Assembly (NCBI GenBank): GCA_000002445.1
Contig: CP000070.1
Span: 992,001 to 1,056,000 of the forward strand
Length of the DNA stretch: 64,000 nt
Direction of reading: 5' to 3'
Source of the DNA: Trypanosoma brucei
Taxonomy: Eukaryota
A program made the translations under genes and the position numbers. Positions 9,701 to 19,320 of this stretch are shown here, one piece after another. The number at the start of each line of letters is the position of its first letter. Within the stretch, counting starts at the first letter, position 1. Below the pieces are notes generated by a model. That model had not been told where the DNA came from and ran no database searches. It saw only the letters and a list, made by a program, of their open reading frames with translations.

Positions 9701-12138
9701 ACAGTTTCCAGATTACGCTCCACAGCAGCTCTCGCATCCTCGGAATTACGAAGTTGCGATTTCAGATCATTGCTCGTAGCGTCCAACCTCTGTTGAAGTT
9801 CATCCCGTTCAGCCTCCACAGTTTCCAGATTACGCTCCACAGCAGCTCTCGCATCCTCGGCTTGCCTTGCTTTGTTGGTTATTGCGGCTTCTGATTGTTT
9901 TGTGGTATCAAGTTGTTTTTTTGCTTCTTCTATTTCTTTTTCTAACATTAGAATTTTTTGTTCTAGTTTTTTTGTCATCTGGTGTTGTTCCATCTGAAAT
10001 AATTTATGATTTTTTTCCATTGCGGCTCTTTGGTCGAAATGATGCTGGTTACATTTGGTAAGTTGAGTCTCAACTTCAGTGCCCACCGCCGTTAGTAGCT
10101 CTGCCTGCCAAAGATTGTGCATGCCAATAGTTGTAAGGAGGTGATTTATTGTTTTAATGTGACGATGTTCTGTTTCTTCCAGTTTCAGGTCGAGAAACTG
10201 GGCTATCTCTTCAAGTTCATTTCTTTCAAGTCGGAATACCTCGAGGTCGCTGAGAATTCGTTGTTGTGCCTCACACTCTTCAAGCAGCTTTTGCATGCGG
10301 TGAGAAAGTTCCTCGTTCTGTTGCTGTAATTCTGTATGCTTTTCTGAGGACTGCTGTGAATTACAAAGTGCAGCGCTCAATTGCTCCTGCCTTTCACGAA
10401 GGATGTGTAGTGCTTCCTCTCGTGAATGACGCTCTTGCTCAAGTTCTGACATCACCCTGGACAATTGTTGTTGACTGCTCAACATTTCAGCATCTTTCCT
10501 CTCTCTAATCCCCTCTATCTCTGCTCTGTGTTGCCGCACCTTCTCTAAGAGCTCCTGTTCTCGCTGTGCATACTCATCTTTCAAACGCTGACTCATTTCT
10601 TCATGATATTCAGCGCGGCGTTTCGACTCTTCAACCTGCCGTTCGAGCTCAGTAGCCTTGATCAGGAGTTCCTCACGCTCCACCTCGGTTGCATACAACA
10701 TTTTCTCACGAATTATATTCTTCTCTCGTTCCTTTTCCAGTGCATGAAGGTCAGCAGCACGCTTCTGCGCTTCCGCCTCGAGAAGCACAAGCTTCTCCTC
10801 CAGCTCACGGACGTACGTGGGGTCCTTACCTTTGATGTCTTGCCGCATTTGCTCCATCTGTTCCTCAAGTTCACGAATACGACGCGCGCGGGGGTCCTCA
10901 TTGACTCTGGTCATGTTTACGATATCACGGGCACGTGATGCGTATCGTAGCGTGCTCAGAGTTTCCTCGTAGTTCAGAGCACTCGGGCTCACCGTCGCGA
11001 TCATAAAGGTCTTCGAGTTCCCACCGAGTGAATCTTTCAAAATGTATGTAAGCTTAGACTCCCGATAAGGTGGTGTCGACCATTGTGATGATTTATTCTT
11101 CGCCATATCTGCCAGCATATCGATCACGCGCCCGAGTGTTGTCAATGAGAGATTAATATATCGTGCCTCGTTAAACTGCTGCCCAACAACCTCTGATTGC
11201 GCAACGCGCTCAGATCCAGCAAGGTCCACCAAGTTCATTCGGCTACTCATCCCGGCGGTGGTGATCACTTGCCCAGATGCCGTTTGTGTAGACCGCTCCT
11301 CATGTAGTATCAACATGAAGATAGCATGGCTCCTGCTGCTGCGGTCGTTCATCTTCGTTGAGGCCGTGTGTCGCACACGATTCCCCAACTCGATCAGTTC
11401 CACAACTTCCTCCACAGACGACACCTCTTGCAGTCTCTGTCCTTCGATAAAAACACCCATCGTGGGATGTTCACGCACATCAACGAACACATCCTCCCTC
11501 GATCCCTTCCGCCGCCGAGCCAGGAGGTCAGACACACGCTCGTTATACACTTCAACATACCCAACTGTCACCTTCCACCTTGAGTGGCCCTTTCCTTCGA
11601 TTCGAGCACGCTTCTCGAATATCTCTAGGCAAAGACGCGGTATCACCCCAGCATCCACACCGGACACAGAACCCGGATCTCCTCCCATCATTGTGTACGT
11701 CTTACCACTTCCCGTTTGTCCGTAAGCAAAAAGACATGAGTTGTACCCGTTGAAGGCATGCATCACAAGTGGGCGACCAATCGCTTCATACACTTCCAGC
11801 TGCCCCGCGGGCGGGAGACCACCCTCATCGGTACAACCACAGGAACAAAAAATGTTGTCAAATTGGAATGTTTGCGCCCGTGGGCACTGACTACTTTTTG
11901 AGTGGTGATCAATCAGCGTTATGGTCGAATACGATGTATTGGCTCGGAGTGCGAGTTTGTGCGTTCCCGACATTTCTGAAGTGTTTTGCGGCCGTACTCT
12001 TACAGCTACTTTAATAGACTCATCGCACGCGTTCGTCGTCATTTCGGTTGTTGTTAATGAGTTCCTACTTTCGTCGGTCATCGTTGAGTTATTTTTTCCC
12101 GAGTTTTGTTCCCCTGCCCTCCTTATATTACTTATCAT
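6727..12138 (-). CDS. K39: K39-type kinesin: N-terminal motor domain, coiled-coil stalk, and a C-terminal array of about 26 tandem 39-aa repeats (1803 aa)
   Basis: Motor motifs: P-loop [11 protein letters not shown], switch I SSRSHAIF, switch II LVDLAGSE. Then heptad-rich stalk, then the repeat NDLKSQLRNSEDARAAVERNLETVEAERNELQQRLDATS iterated without amino-acid variation. 39-aa repeats are the defining feature of the Leishmania/Trypanosoma K39 kinesin antigen family. Confidence 0.9.
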   Translation of the reverse strand: MISNIRRAGEQNSGKNNSTMTDESRNSLTTTEMTTNACDESIKVAVRVRPQNTSEMSGTHKLALRANTSYSTITLIDHHSKSSQCPRAQTFQFDNIFCSCGCTDEGGLPPAGQLEVYEAIGRPLVMHAFNGYNSCLFAYGQTGSGKTYTMMGGDPGSVSGVDAGVIPRLCLEIFEKRARIEGKGHSRWKVTVGYVEVYNERVSDLLARRRKGSREDVFVDVREHPTMGVFIEGQRLQEVSSVEEVVELIELGNRVRHTASTKMNDRSSRSHAIFMLILHEERSTQTASGQVITTAGMSSRMNLVDLAGSERVAQSEVVGQQFNEARYINLSLTTLGRVIDMLADMAKNKSSQWSTPPYRESKLTYILKDSLGGNSKTFMIATVSPSALNYEETLSTLRYASRARDIVNMTRVNEDPRARRIRELEEQMEQMRQDIKGKDPTYVRELEEKLVLLEAEAQKRAADLHALEKEREKNIIREKMLYATEVEREELLIKATELERQVEESKRRAEYHEEMSQRLKDEYAQREQELLEKVRQHRAEIEGIRERKDAEMLSSQQQLSRVMSELEQERHSREEALHILRERQEQLSAALCNSQQSSEKHTELQQQNEELSHRMQKLLEECEAQQRILSDLEVFRLERNELEEIAQFLDLKLEETEHRHIKTINHLLTTIGMHNLWQAELLTAVGTEVETQLTKCNQHHFDQRAAMEKNHKLFQMEQHQMTKKLEQKILMLEKEIEEAKKQLDTTKQSEAAITNKARQAEDARAAVERNLETVEAERDELQQRLDATSNDLKSQLRNSEDARAAVERNLETVEAERNELQQRLDATSNDLKSQLRNSEDARAAVERNLETVEAERNELQQRLDATSNDLKSQLRNSEDARAAVERNLETVEAERNELQQRLDATSNDLKSQLRNSEDARAAVERNLETVEAERNELQQRLDATSNDLKSQLRNSEDARAAVERNLETVEAERNELQQRLDATSNDLKSQLRNSEDARAAVERNLETVEAERNELQQRLDATSNDLKSQLRNSEDARAAVERNLETVEAERNELQQRLDATSNDLKSQLRNSEDARAAVERNLETVEAERNELQQRLDATSNDLKSQLRNSEDARAAVERNLETVEAERNELQQRLDATSNDLKSQLRNSEDARAAVERNLETVEAERNELQQRLDATSNDLKSQLRNSEDARAAVERNLETVEAERNELQQRLDATSNDLKSQLRNSEDARAAVERNLETVEAERNELQQRLDATSNDLKSQLRNSEDARAAVERNLETVEAERNELQQRLDATSNDLKSQLRNSEDARAAVERNLETVEAERNELQQRLDATSNDLKSQLRNSEDARAAVERNLETVEAERNELQQRLDATSNDLKSQLRNSEDARAAVERNLETVEAERNELQQRLDATSNDLKSQLRNSEDARAAVERNLETVEAERNELQQRLDATSNDLKSQLRNSEDARAAVERNLETVEAERNELQQRLDATSNDLKSQLRNSEDARAAVERNLETVEAERNELQQRLDATSNDLKSQLRNSEDARAAVERNLETVEAERNELQQRLDATSNDLKSQLRNSEDARAAVERNLETVEAERNELQQRLDATSNDLKSQLRNSEDARAAVERNLETVEAERNELQQRLDATSNDLKSQLRNSEDARAAVERNLETVEAERNELQQRLDATSNDLKSQLRNSEDARAAVERNLETVEAERNELQQRLDATSNDLKSQLRNSEDARAAVERNLETVEAERNELQQRLDVFERECAVLNIRLSYLRRKLLSGFVVGEEPYKLTRKIINIGK
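6858..9868 (-). repeat. tandem array of about 26 copies of a 117-bp unit (encodes the 39-aa kinesin repeats)
   Basis: Unit gtccaacctctgttgaagttcattccgttcagcctccacagtttccagattacgctccacagcagctctcgcatcctcggaattacgaagttgcgatttcagatcattgcttgtagc recurs with period exactly 117. Unit starts at 6858, 6975, 7092 ... 9783. Only 3-4 variable nucleotide positions. Confidence 0.95.
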
Positions 12139-12572
12139 TTATACGATATTGAAGTCTACTTGTGTGATGGGTGTCGCTCGTTGGGAGGAATGTGCCCAAT
12201 CTCCCTTCAAAGGCTGTTTTGTTATTAGACCTTCAACACCTGTCACGGTGTATTGTGGCGACACACGGGGAAGGCAATCTAAAAAAAATAAACTGACGGG
12301 AGGTGAAGAATTTAATGGGGCTACAAAATAATTGTAAAGGCCATCAACAAAGAGGAGAGAGGCACAGCTATGCCCATTTTCCGTCGTTGATATTCGTGAC
12401 GTGTGGCCACGGGCCAACACAGTAGGTAATAAGACACTGACTACAACCCACGTATGACTTGAATTCCTCCCGGACGCCACTTTCGAAGTATATCGGATCT
12501 GGAGGAAGCCTAAAATGTTTTCCAATCTCGCACAAACCTAGCCGTGCCCGCTATTGCGCCAAGATCCAGGTA

Positions 12573-12729
12573 GCGGTATCACCCCAGCATCCACACCGGA
12601 CACAGAACCCGGATCTCCTCCCATCATTGTGTACGTCTTACCACTTCCCGTTTGTCCGTAAGCAAAAAGACATGAGTTGTACCCGTTGAAGGCATGCATC
12701 ACAAGTGGGCGACCAATCGCTTCATACAC
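12573..12729 (-). pseudogene. 157-bp perfect duplicate of the kinesin motor (P-loop) coding segment 11637..11793, lying in the kinesin's 5' intergenic region (gene fragment or relic)
   Basis: 12573..12729 is base-for-base identical to 11637..11793, and both flanks diverge abruptly. The fragment keeps an open frame (ORF 12538..12765 translates to ...[51 protein letters not shown]...) but has no motor context around it. Confidence 0.7.
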
Positions 12730-12928
12730 ACATCCAGCTGGTGATCCCACTTTTTTGAAACACACGCAGGACCATTCGTTAATCTTGCAAATCAGACCTC
12801 TCCAGCAGTAAACAGGAGAAAGGGGGCGAGCTGCGGTTTAAAGTGCATACAAAAACGCTGAGACATGGACATTCGGAAGAAAAGTGATTTCGTAGCTTTT
12901 CTCAAATGGCCGGCCGATTGTATAGACT

Positions 12929-15922
12929 CTACACTCGCCGAGGCGCAGAAGAACCGTCCACCGCCTCAAGAGGGGTAGCCGCGCCGCCATCCCATAAGAA
13001 CCTCAGAGCTCTCTGCACTGAACACATGGTAAGGATGTAGGAGGCTTTGCGTTGAAGACCGCCCTGCGGCTGAAGTCCAGAAACAAGTGAAAGTGGATCG
13101 TGTGATTCACTGGAGCCACAGTGAACCGGGGTACCAGCCACTGTATCGCGTGGATCACGAAGCTCATAATACCATGCCCGTAGCAAAGTGTAGCGTATAC
13201 GCTCAAATAACTCCTCGATGCTCGACTTCAAATTGAGTTTTGGGGGTTTAATGGAGCAGAGGTTGCAGTTGGTGTAGTGAAGAACGTCGGTTTTCAGTTC
13301 CTCTTCCACAGCCAAAAAAAGTTGCTCCTTGCTCTCTCTGCATGGCAAACCCTCAAGGGCAGCAGGACCGAGAGGTAACCGCAGAAATGCAAAACGACAG
13401 TTCTTTGATATTTCTTCACCTGCATGGTCCGACAACCACTTTGTTGCAACCGCCCACGATATGTTGGCGTTTGAGGATAACCAGTGGAGCAGCATCGGTG
13501 GGAAAACGGCGCGCGCACCACACTTTTTGAGTGACCTACTCAGGTTACCGCTTGCCTTCAACACCCCAGCCTTTGTCACACTTTCACTTGTAGCTGTGTG
13601 GCCCCACTCGGTTCTTGCCTCTTCATGTTGTGTCATCGCCTTCATAGTCCAGAAGAGCCAGACAACGAGGACCGGTTCATCAAAGAGGGTGGATGGAATC
13701 TCTGACAACAGCTTTAGCCACTGAAGCGCATCGTCATGGCACCCACTTCGGGGCGCTTTGTCGCATCCTTTAACTAGTCCCAGACTCGCAACAGCCATGG
13801 TAAACGAGTCAACAGCTCCCTCGATGGCAAGGTACGTGCGGGAGTGTTGATGAAGTGCCTCCGGTACCTCCTCACACTTCCCCCTCAGTGGTGTGGACCC
13901 GCCTCCCCTAATTGCATCGATAGTGAGGCGAAACAAAACAGCAGCATCGCCGGGACGCTGACGCTCCGTGATCATGTAACAGATGACGTCGAAAAGCAAG
14001 ACGGGCATTTCCACCACAAGTTCGGGCACGTCCCCCTCCAGTAGTGGCTCCTTACACATGGATAAAAGTAGATCGACAACTTGTGGGTACCGTGGTTCGC
14101 CTACAAACTCCAGAAGCTCAAAAAGGAGGTGTTTCCTGTCGCCGGAGTACAACTTTTGCGAAAAATACTTTCTCATTACCCCGACTGCCTCTTCAGGTCT
14201 ACACCGCTCGTTTTCCTTGCACAAAGCGGCAACCTCAATGCAAGCCTGGCGTACAGAAAATTCTTCAGCTACCCTATGAAATCCACCCCTGCGAAGGGTA
14301 TCCACCACTACCTCTTGCACATGCAAGCCAAGGGCAAAGTTGCACGGCAGCAACCGCTTTTCTACAACCTCTTCTCTGAAAAGAGAAGGTGTTAGTCGGG
14401 CAGCTAGCGCAGCAACAACCTCGGGACAGAGCAAGGCCGCAAACGATGCGCACGACAAGCAAGCAGCAGAGTCACTGCATCCAGCGGACAAAAGGGATGA
14501 CCAGTCATCCAGCATCTTGAGTACGTCTTCTGACGCTGACCCTTTGGCGATTAATCGAGTAAGGAGCAACAATTTTGACGCAATGTGGGGCGACTGCCGC
14601 CCCGCGAGCGGCCGAATCAAATAGGGGTTGGCCCATGTTTGTGCTAATCGGGCACAAAACGCGAAGTCGGCACCACGTGTGGCCACCTCCACTAGTCGGT
14701 GAAAAACTTCTTCTTCCTCCGCCTGCACATCTCCTCTTCCCTCCACGGCAAAAGCCGTGAGGCCGACAAACTGCAGGACCTCAAGACTGCTCTCCTCCAG
14801 CATCAGTTTCATGCGTAAGGGAGTGAGGTCAGATGCACAGTTCCCATACTCTCCCCCAGAGTTCCCATCCGCCGCCATTGTTAACCACGGAATCCTCTCA
14901 TCTCTCTCCACAGTGTCAGTGCCACCAACAGCGCACTCAGGGGGTAAGGGGTAATCGGACGAAGCTGGGGAAAGCATCCTCGCTAACGCACACCTCGGTT
15001 CAGCTTTCCCCTTGAGCATACTCCAGTACGTCTCCCATTCCGTTAACAGCATGCCCATCAACGGCGCCAACGAAGGGGGTTCGATACACTTCCGGTAGTG
15101 CACATCGTGACCCATCTTCGTCAGCACATATTTGACCTCGCAGCGTGTGTACATTTTGTGAAGCTCGATCAGATATGAGTTTAAAAGATTGTAATGATGC
15201 AGGTTGTGAACAGTCCGCAAAACATCCGGCCATCGACCCCTTTGACCGTTATGTTCAAGGGATAAATTGATGATGACACAAGGGGCCGAAAGAACGGACA
15301 GCAGACCTTTCAAGAACACACATCGGTCCTTATCTTCTTCGTGATCCAAAAAGCGCCCACCACTGGCGTCGGCACTCGTTTTTCCATCTGCGCGTGCTTG
15401 CGATGAGTTCCTCAGCTTCCTCACGGCAAATTGCAGTCTATGATACAGTGGTCTAAGTGTCGACTGGTGTTCGGCACATCGAAGCAAAAACAATGTCGCA
15501 AACGGCAGTTCCAAGTCGGAAACATCATTAGCAATGCAGTGGATCGAATTCGACTCCTTCATTGATGCAGGCTTTGGGGGCGCCCCGTCCAGAACAGCGT
15601 CGCCACGAGGAGGAAGAAAAGGAATGGAACAATGCCTGACTGAGTCGCATGACACAGAATCACACGAGTCTCCGGAAGATACACTACGTAGCTGAAGGTA
15701 GAGAAAAAATATGGCTTCGGCAGCGACAGGGAGACGTCGCTTGTGCAAAAAGTCATAACAAGTAAGTGCGGACCTCCAGCAATGCATTCGCGCGCATATG
15801 AGCTCCGTCGTTGACAATGTCCAATGCGGCCGTGAGGTACCTACTTTGGGCAACCCTCTGCCGTGCAACATCAATTTCAAAATACCATGCAGTGGTGTTT
15901 GGGGAAATGGCATAGCAGGCAC
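12929..15922 (-). CDS. hypothetical protein (997 aa), no recognisable domain
   Basis: Long uninterrupted ORF on the cluster strand with complex composition and no convincing motif. Every overlapping ORF is shorter than 135 aa. Confidence 0.6.
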   Translation of the reverse strand: MPAMPFPQTPLHGILKLMLHGRGLPKVGTSRPHWTLSTTELICARMHCWRSALTCYDFLHKRRLPVAAEAIFFLYLQLRSVSSGDSCDSVSCDSVRHCSIPFLPPRGDAVLDGAPPKPASMKESNSIHCIANDVSDLELPFATLFLLRCAEHQSTLRPLYHRLQFAVRKLRNSSQARADGKTSADASGGRFLDHEEDKDRCVFLKGLLSVLSAPCVIINLSLEHNGQRGRWPDVLRTVHNLHHYNLLNSYLIELHKMYTRCEVKYVLTKMGHDVHYRKCIEPPSLAPLMGMLLTEWETYWSMLKGKAEPRCALARMLSPASSDYPLPPECAVGGTDTVERDERIPWLTMAADGNSGGEYGNCASDLTPLRMKLMLEESSLEVLQFVGLTAFAVEGRGDVQAEEEEVFHRLVEVATRGADFAFCARLAQTWANPYLIRPLAGRQSPHIASKLLLLTRLIAKGSASEDVLKMLDDWSSLLSAGCSDSAACLSCASFAALLCPEVVAALAARLTPSLFREEVVEKRLLPCNFALGLHVQEVVVDTLRRGGFHRVAEEFSVRQACIEVAALCKENERCRPEEAVGVMRKYFSQKLYSGDRKHLLFELLEFVGEPRYPQVVDLLLSMCKEPLLEGDVPELVVEMPVLLFDVICYMITERQRPGDAAVLFRLTIDAIRGGGSTPLRGKCEEVPEALHQHSRTYLAIEGAVDSFTMAVASLGLVKGCDKAPRSGCHDDALQWLKLLSEIPSTLFDEPVLVVWLFWTMKAMTQHEEARTEWGHTATSESVTKAGVLKASGNLSRSLKKCGARAVFPPMLLHWLSSNANISWAVATKWLSDHAGEEISKNCRFAFLRLPLGPAALEGLPCRESKEQLFLAVEEELKTDVLHYTNCNLCSIKPPKLNLKSSIEELFERIRYTLLRAWYYELRDPRDTVAGTPVHCGSSESHDPLSLVSGLQPQGGLQRKASYILTMCSVQRALRFLWDGGAATPLEAVDGSSAPRRV

Positions 15923-16425
15923 ATACTAAAGCTTTATGCGCAGCAGTGCCCCGGTTCCTCTTCCTATATTACCTCTAATCCCTTCGTGAGGTGGCCACAA
16001 TGTACCTATGAGACGATAATTGGGTAATTACGGAAACGAGCGCTATTAAAGAGGTCAAACAAGCATTTCTTCGTTAGCGCACACGCTCACATGAACAAGA
16101 AAAAGGTTAGCAGTATCGGCGCGCTAGGCCCCTCAGGGTGAAGCAGTCGAGCGAAATGTGGTGAGAAGGGTTGGCTCGGTAAATTGCAATGTCGTGCCTT
16201 TCTGGATGAAAGTGATGCCAGCAGCACCCCCAGCTGTTGGAGTTTCCGTAAAACTAGCTCTCCGCACGGTGGTGCTCTGCAAAACAGAGGCGGGGCATAA
16301 GGCAGCGCATTCCCGAGGGAACAAAACACGCGTACACACGCATAAGTCAAAGCAACCAGACACAGCCCGCTGATGTAACCTCACATCCGAAAGCCGGAAC
16401 CGCTTGCAATATGCCATCCTCGCGG

Positions 16426-17145
16426 TTAGTTGTTCTTTTTAACGACAGCCTTGGCCTCGGTAGTACCAACTTGCCTCCGATCCGCAGCTTTGTACAAAAT
16501 ACACTGCATTACGATGACAAAATTAAGGAAAACGACAACGCCAAACTGTGTTAGCATGATGTCCCTGCCCTTGTCGGAAGGAATGTTGTGAAATGTTGTT
16601 AACAGACGCGAGATACCCCCAGACATAGCCAGGAAAAAAGTCAAAGCAGACAATTGACCTGTTGATTTGTTCTGATAATTTATCACTATCTGAGGTATGC
16701 GACTACCGAGCGCGAAAAAAATTTGTAGACGCAACATCCCTTCATGGATATTTCGAGGAGCATACCCAGCCGACATAAAAACTAGCAGGAAAACAGCAAC
16801 AATAAATACTAGCACAGTAATGAGTAGTTTTCTCTGCATACACCCAACGATAAGTAGGAGCAAAAACATCTCGATCATTATGAGGGTACTTTCGCCGTAG
16901 TCTTTAAACATTAACGACCGTGCAATACCCCAGCTACTCGATATAACACAAGACATCAGTTCGACAACAAGTGATATAATTGATATACCGTCAGCGCTGT
17001 GATTCCGCAATATCTTTACTATCTGCGGTAGCTTCAGTAGGACAGATCCAAACACAATGCCATATGGGAGAATTGTGGCCAGCATTTGTCTCATAATCAC
17101 TTCGACTCCACCTACCTCATCTCTGCCCAGATATTTTTGTTGCAT
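16426..17145 (-). CDS. MPDU1: mannose-P-dolichol utilisation defect 1 (MPDU1/Lec35) homologue, a PQ-loop repeat membrane protein (239 aa)
   Basis: Two PQ-loop motifs (L-P-Q-I-V-K-I-L-R-N and R-I-P-Q-I-V-I-N-Y-Q-N-K-S-T-G-Q-L-S). Seven hydrophobic segments. Colinear matches to MPDU1 blocks S-S-W-G, T-G-Q-L-S-A-[IL]-T-F-F-L, G-G-[SI]-[LS]-[AR]-R-[IL]-[FL]-T-[ST]. Confidence 0.85.
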   Translation of the reverse strand: MQQKYLGRDEVGGVEVIMRQMLATILPYGIVFGSVLLKLPQIVKILRNHSADGISIISLVVELMSCVISSSWGIARSLMFKDYGESTLIMIEMFLLLLIVGCMQRKLLITVLVFIVAVFLLVFMSAGYAPRNIHEGMLRLQIFFALGSRIPQIVINYQNKSTGQLSALTFFLAMSGGISRLLTTFHNIPSDKGRDIMLTQFGVVVFLNFVIVMQCILYKAADRRQVGTTEAKAVVKKNN

Positions 17146-17515
17146 ACCTCAGGCTCTCAATATCGGAACAGATTCTCTTCCGGTATCAACTGGTGTGATT
17201 TACCTGCTCACGTCCCAACACAGATGCACCTTGAAGACTTTAAGTATAGCAGTTGCCCCTTTTCACAAAAAAGGAAAGTATTAGTAGTAACAATAATGGT
17301 GAAGAGAGAGTAACGATTCACACAAAAACACTTTAAGACAATCAGCGGATAAAACGCGGCGAAACCACGATGGCGTGCAGTATTTTAAAATATATATATA
17401 TATATATATTAAACGCCAAAACAGTTGAAGAAGCCTACTACGAGAGCGGAGTCAAGAGGAAACGAGCCAGGACAATACAAATGATATACCCTCCACCTTT
17501 AGTCACAGTGGTTAA

Positions 17516-18451
17516 TCAAAGCTCATCAAAGTCTACTTTCGCATCCATGATGCGGATTGCCGACATCATGCCCCTCAGCAGGGATTTCGCTCTGCCGTAA
17601 AAATGTATATGAGCACTGTCATGATCTAATCCGTTATTAAACACGGGCATGACACTACCATTGTGTGGAAATAAGAAAAGGACCCTAGGATAGTACTCAC
17701 CCTGTGGTGACATAGCTTTGATCATTTCATCTTCACCTTTACCATTCTGCTTTGTTCTCCGCTTATTGCCACGTAACCGGGGGTGAATTTCACCAAACGC
17801 AGGCCGCGGATAAGGAGAACTACGCAATATTTCATCCACTGTTTCAGCGCTTACCATAGTCATGTACTCGCTCAAAAGCTCAAACTCGGGGCTCACCCCA
17901 AGTTCCTCAATTAACATACGACACGCAGGACAATTTTCCTTGTGGAAAAAAATAAACACAGGCAGGTGACAGAGCGCAATGGGTGACTGAGATCTTGATG
18001 TTGCCAACAGATGTAAGTCACGTTGGCCATCGTATGTATCATTAGCATTTACATCCCCCGAGAAACCATTTGACAACACGGTACAGCGTGCAACAGAAAC
18101 TCGGTGGACCAATTGCGGCCAGTTCACCCACGGTATGTGCCCAGTATGTCTGACTAACGTAGAACTCGTGGAGCTGGTGCCACTCCTCGTGTTTTGGGTT
18201 CCATGACCCCTATAGTTGGGTTCAAGCATTTCTCCGAAGATAGAAGACCCCCACAACATCAAGATTACTAAAAAATTAATGAGCATGTTCTTCAATGTAT
18301 CGGTGAAAGGGGGAAGAAAGCCTAATATACAGGTATTATATTGACGCATACAAAAATATACAACTCCTCTTTCGGTTTCTTTTAAACACAAAATTATGAA
18401 TGCACAAAATGCAAAATTGGGAAATTTCTCGGACTTAGTCAAAAACAGCAA
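17516..18451 (-). CDS. secretory-pathway thioredoxin-like protein with a C-P-A-C active-site motif and a C-terminal -FDEL; likely true start at the internal Met (about 18286) that opens a signal peptide
   Basis: The internal Met opens MLINFLVILMLWGSSIFG, a signal-peptide-like stretch. F-H-K-E-N-C-P-A-C-R-M-L is a CxxC motif in thioredoxin-fold context. The C-terminus KVDFDEL resembles xDEL ER-retrieval signals. Fold assignment is tentative. Confidence 0.4.
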   Translation of the reverse strand: MLFLTKSEKFPNFAFCAFIILCLKETERGVVYFCMRQYNTCILGFLPPFTDTLKNMLINFLVILMLWGSSIFGEMLEPNYRGHGTQNTRSGTSSTSSTLVRHTGHIPWVNWPQLVHRVSVARCTVLSNGFSGDVNANDTYDGQRDLHLLATSRSQSPIALCHLPVFIFFHKENCPACRMLIEELGVSPEFELLSEYMTMVSAETVDEILRSSPYPRPAFGEIHPRLRGNKRRTKQNGKGEDEMIKAMSPQGEYYPRVLFLFPHNGSVMPVFNNGLDHDSAHIHFYGRAKSLLRGMMSAIRIMDAKVDFDEL

Positions 18452-19320
18452 CCAGTAGGACAGAGTTTTTTTTTTATATTTCTGCCGGATAATAACAACA
18501 ATTGCTCTATAACATAGAAGGCAATTTTATATATAATATATATGTGCCACCTTTAATTATGGTGGCACAACGGAAGGACAAATTGATTCCTTCTTCAACG
18601 AGCAGCATCCACATAACTAAGAGTTAAAACACCATCGTTTGGCAATACTTCCCCTTCTTACCCACTGTCTGTCTATGTTATCGGTAGCAATCCGACGTAT
18701 ACCCAAGTCCAAAATACGAAGTTCAGCGGTATCACACTGCTACAAACAAGAAAAGTTCATGATATCATGAAGTATGCACATTACAGCAATCTCTTATTTA
18801 TTCTGTGACAAATAAAAGACGGAATAAAAAAGAAAGCAGGTCGCTAAAAAATGGAACGACTGTGAAACTCCTTCCATCCGGTGGTGAGTGCGACCGCAAA
18901 TCAAAATTGAAGAGAGGGAGGAGCCAAATAAAAGAAAGATGGGGTGGGCGCATTTGTGTCGCCGGATTGAAGGGAAAAAAAACAACCCCGGTAGCGGCTA
19001 AAAGAGATAACGTATCCTTTCCCTTGTGTGTTTCAAGTGTCCGCACTTCGTTTACTTCCACAACAGTCAAATGATATATTGGGGCACAAGCTACTCAACT
19101 GGCTACACATGTGCAGGGAAACAGCTGAAAAAAAAAATGTGTAACTCTTTGTCCCAATGCTTGTATTCCACTGACTTGTGTTCCCTCGGGGGGAGGGGGG
19201 AGGGACCATCCTTCCTAAATATCTTCTTAACCCATTATTCTCCTACACGTCGGACAACCGGGGGCGGAGATCAGTACAATGTAACAATACAAACAAATGC
19301 AATAATCGTTTGTGTGTGCT

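Noticed and set aside
6858-9868. Regularly spaced identical repeats, superficially CRISPR-like
   Set aside because: The units are contiguous (no spacers), 117 bp long, lie inside a kinesin coding sequence, and the genome is eukaryotic. This is a protein-coding tandem repeat, not a CRISPR array.
6868-9894. 1008-aa plus-strand ORF built from repeats
   Set aside because: Antisense of the kinesin 117-bp array. It is open only because the unit lacks a stop in that frame, and it has no start context and an implausible repetitive hydrophobic peptide.
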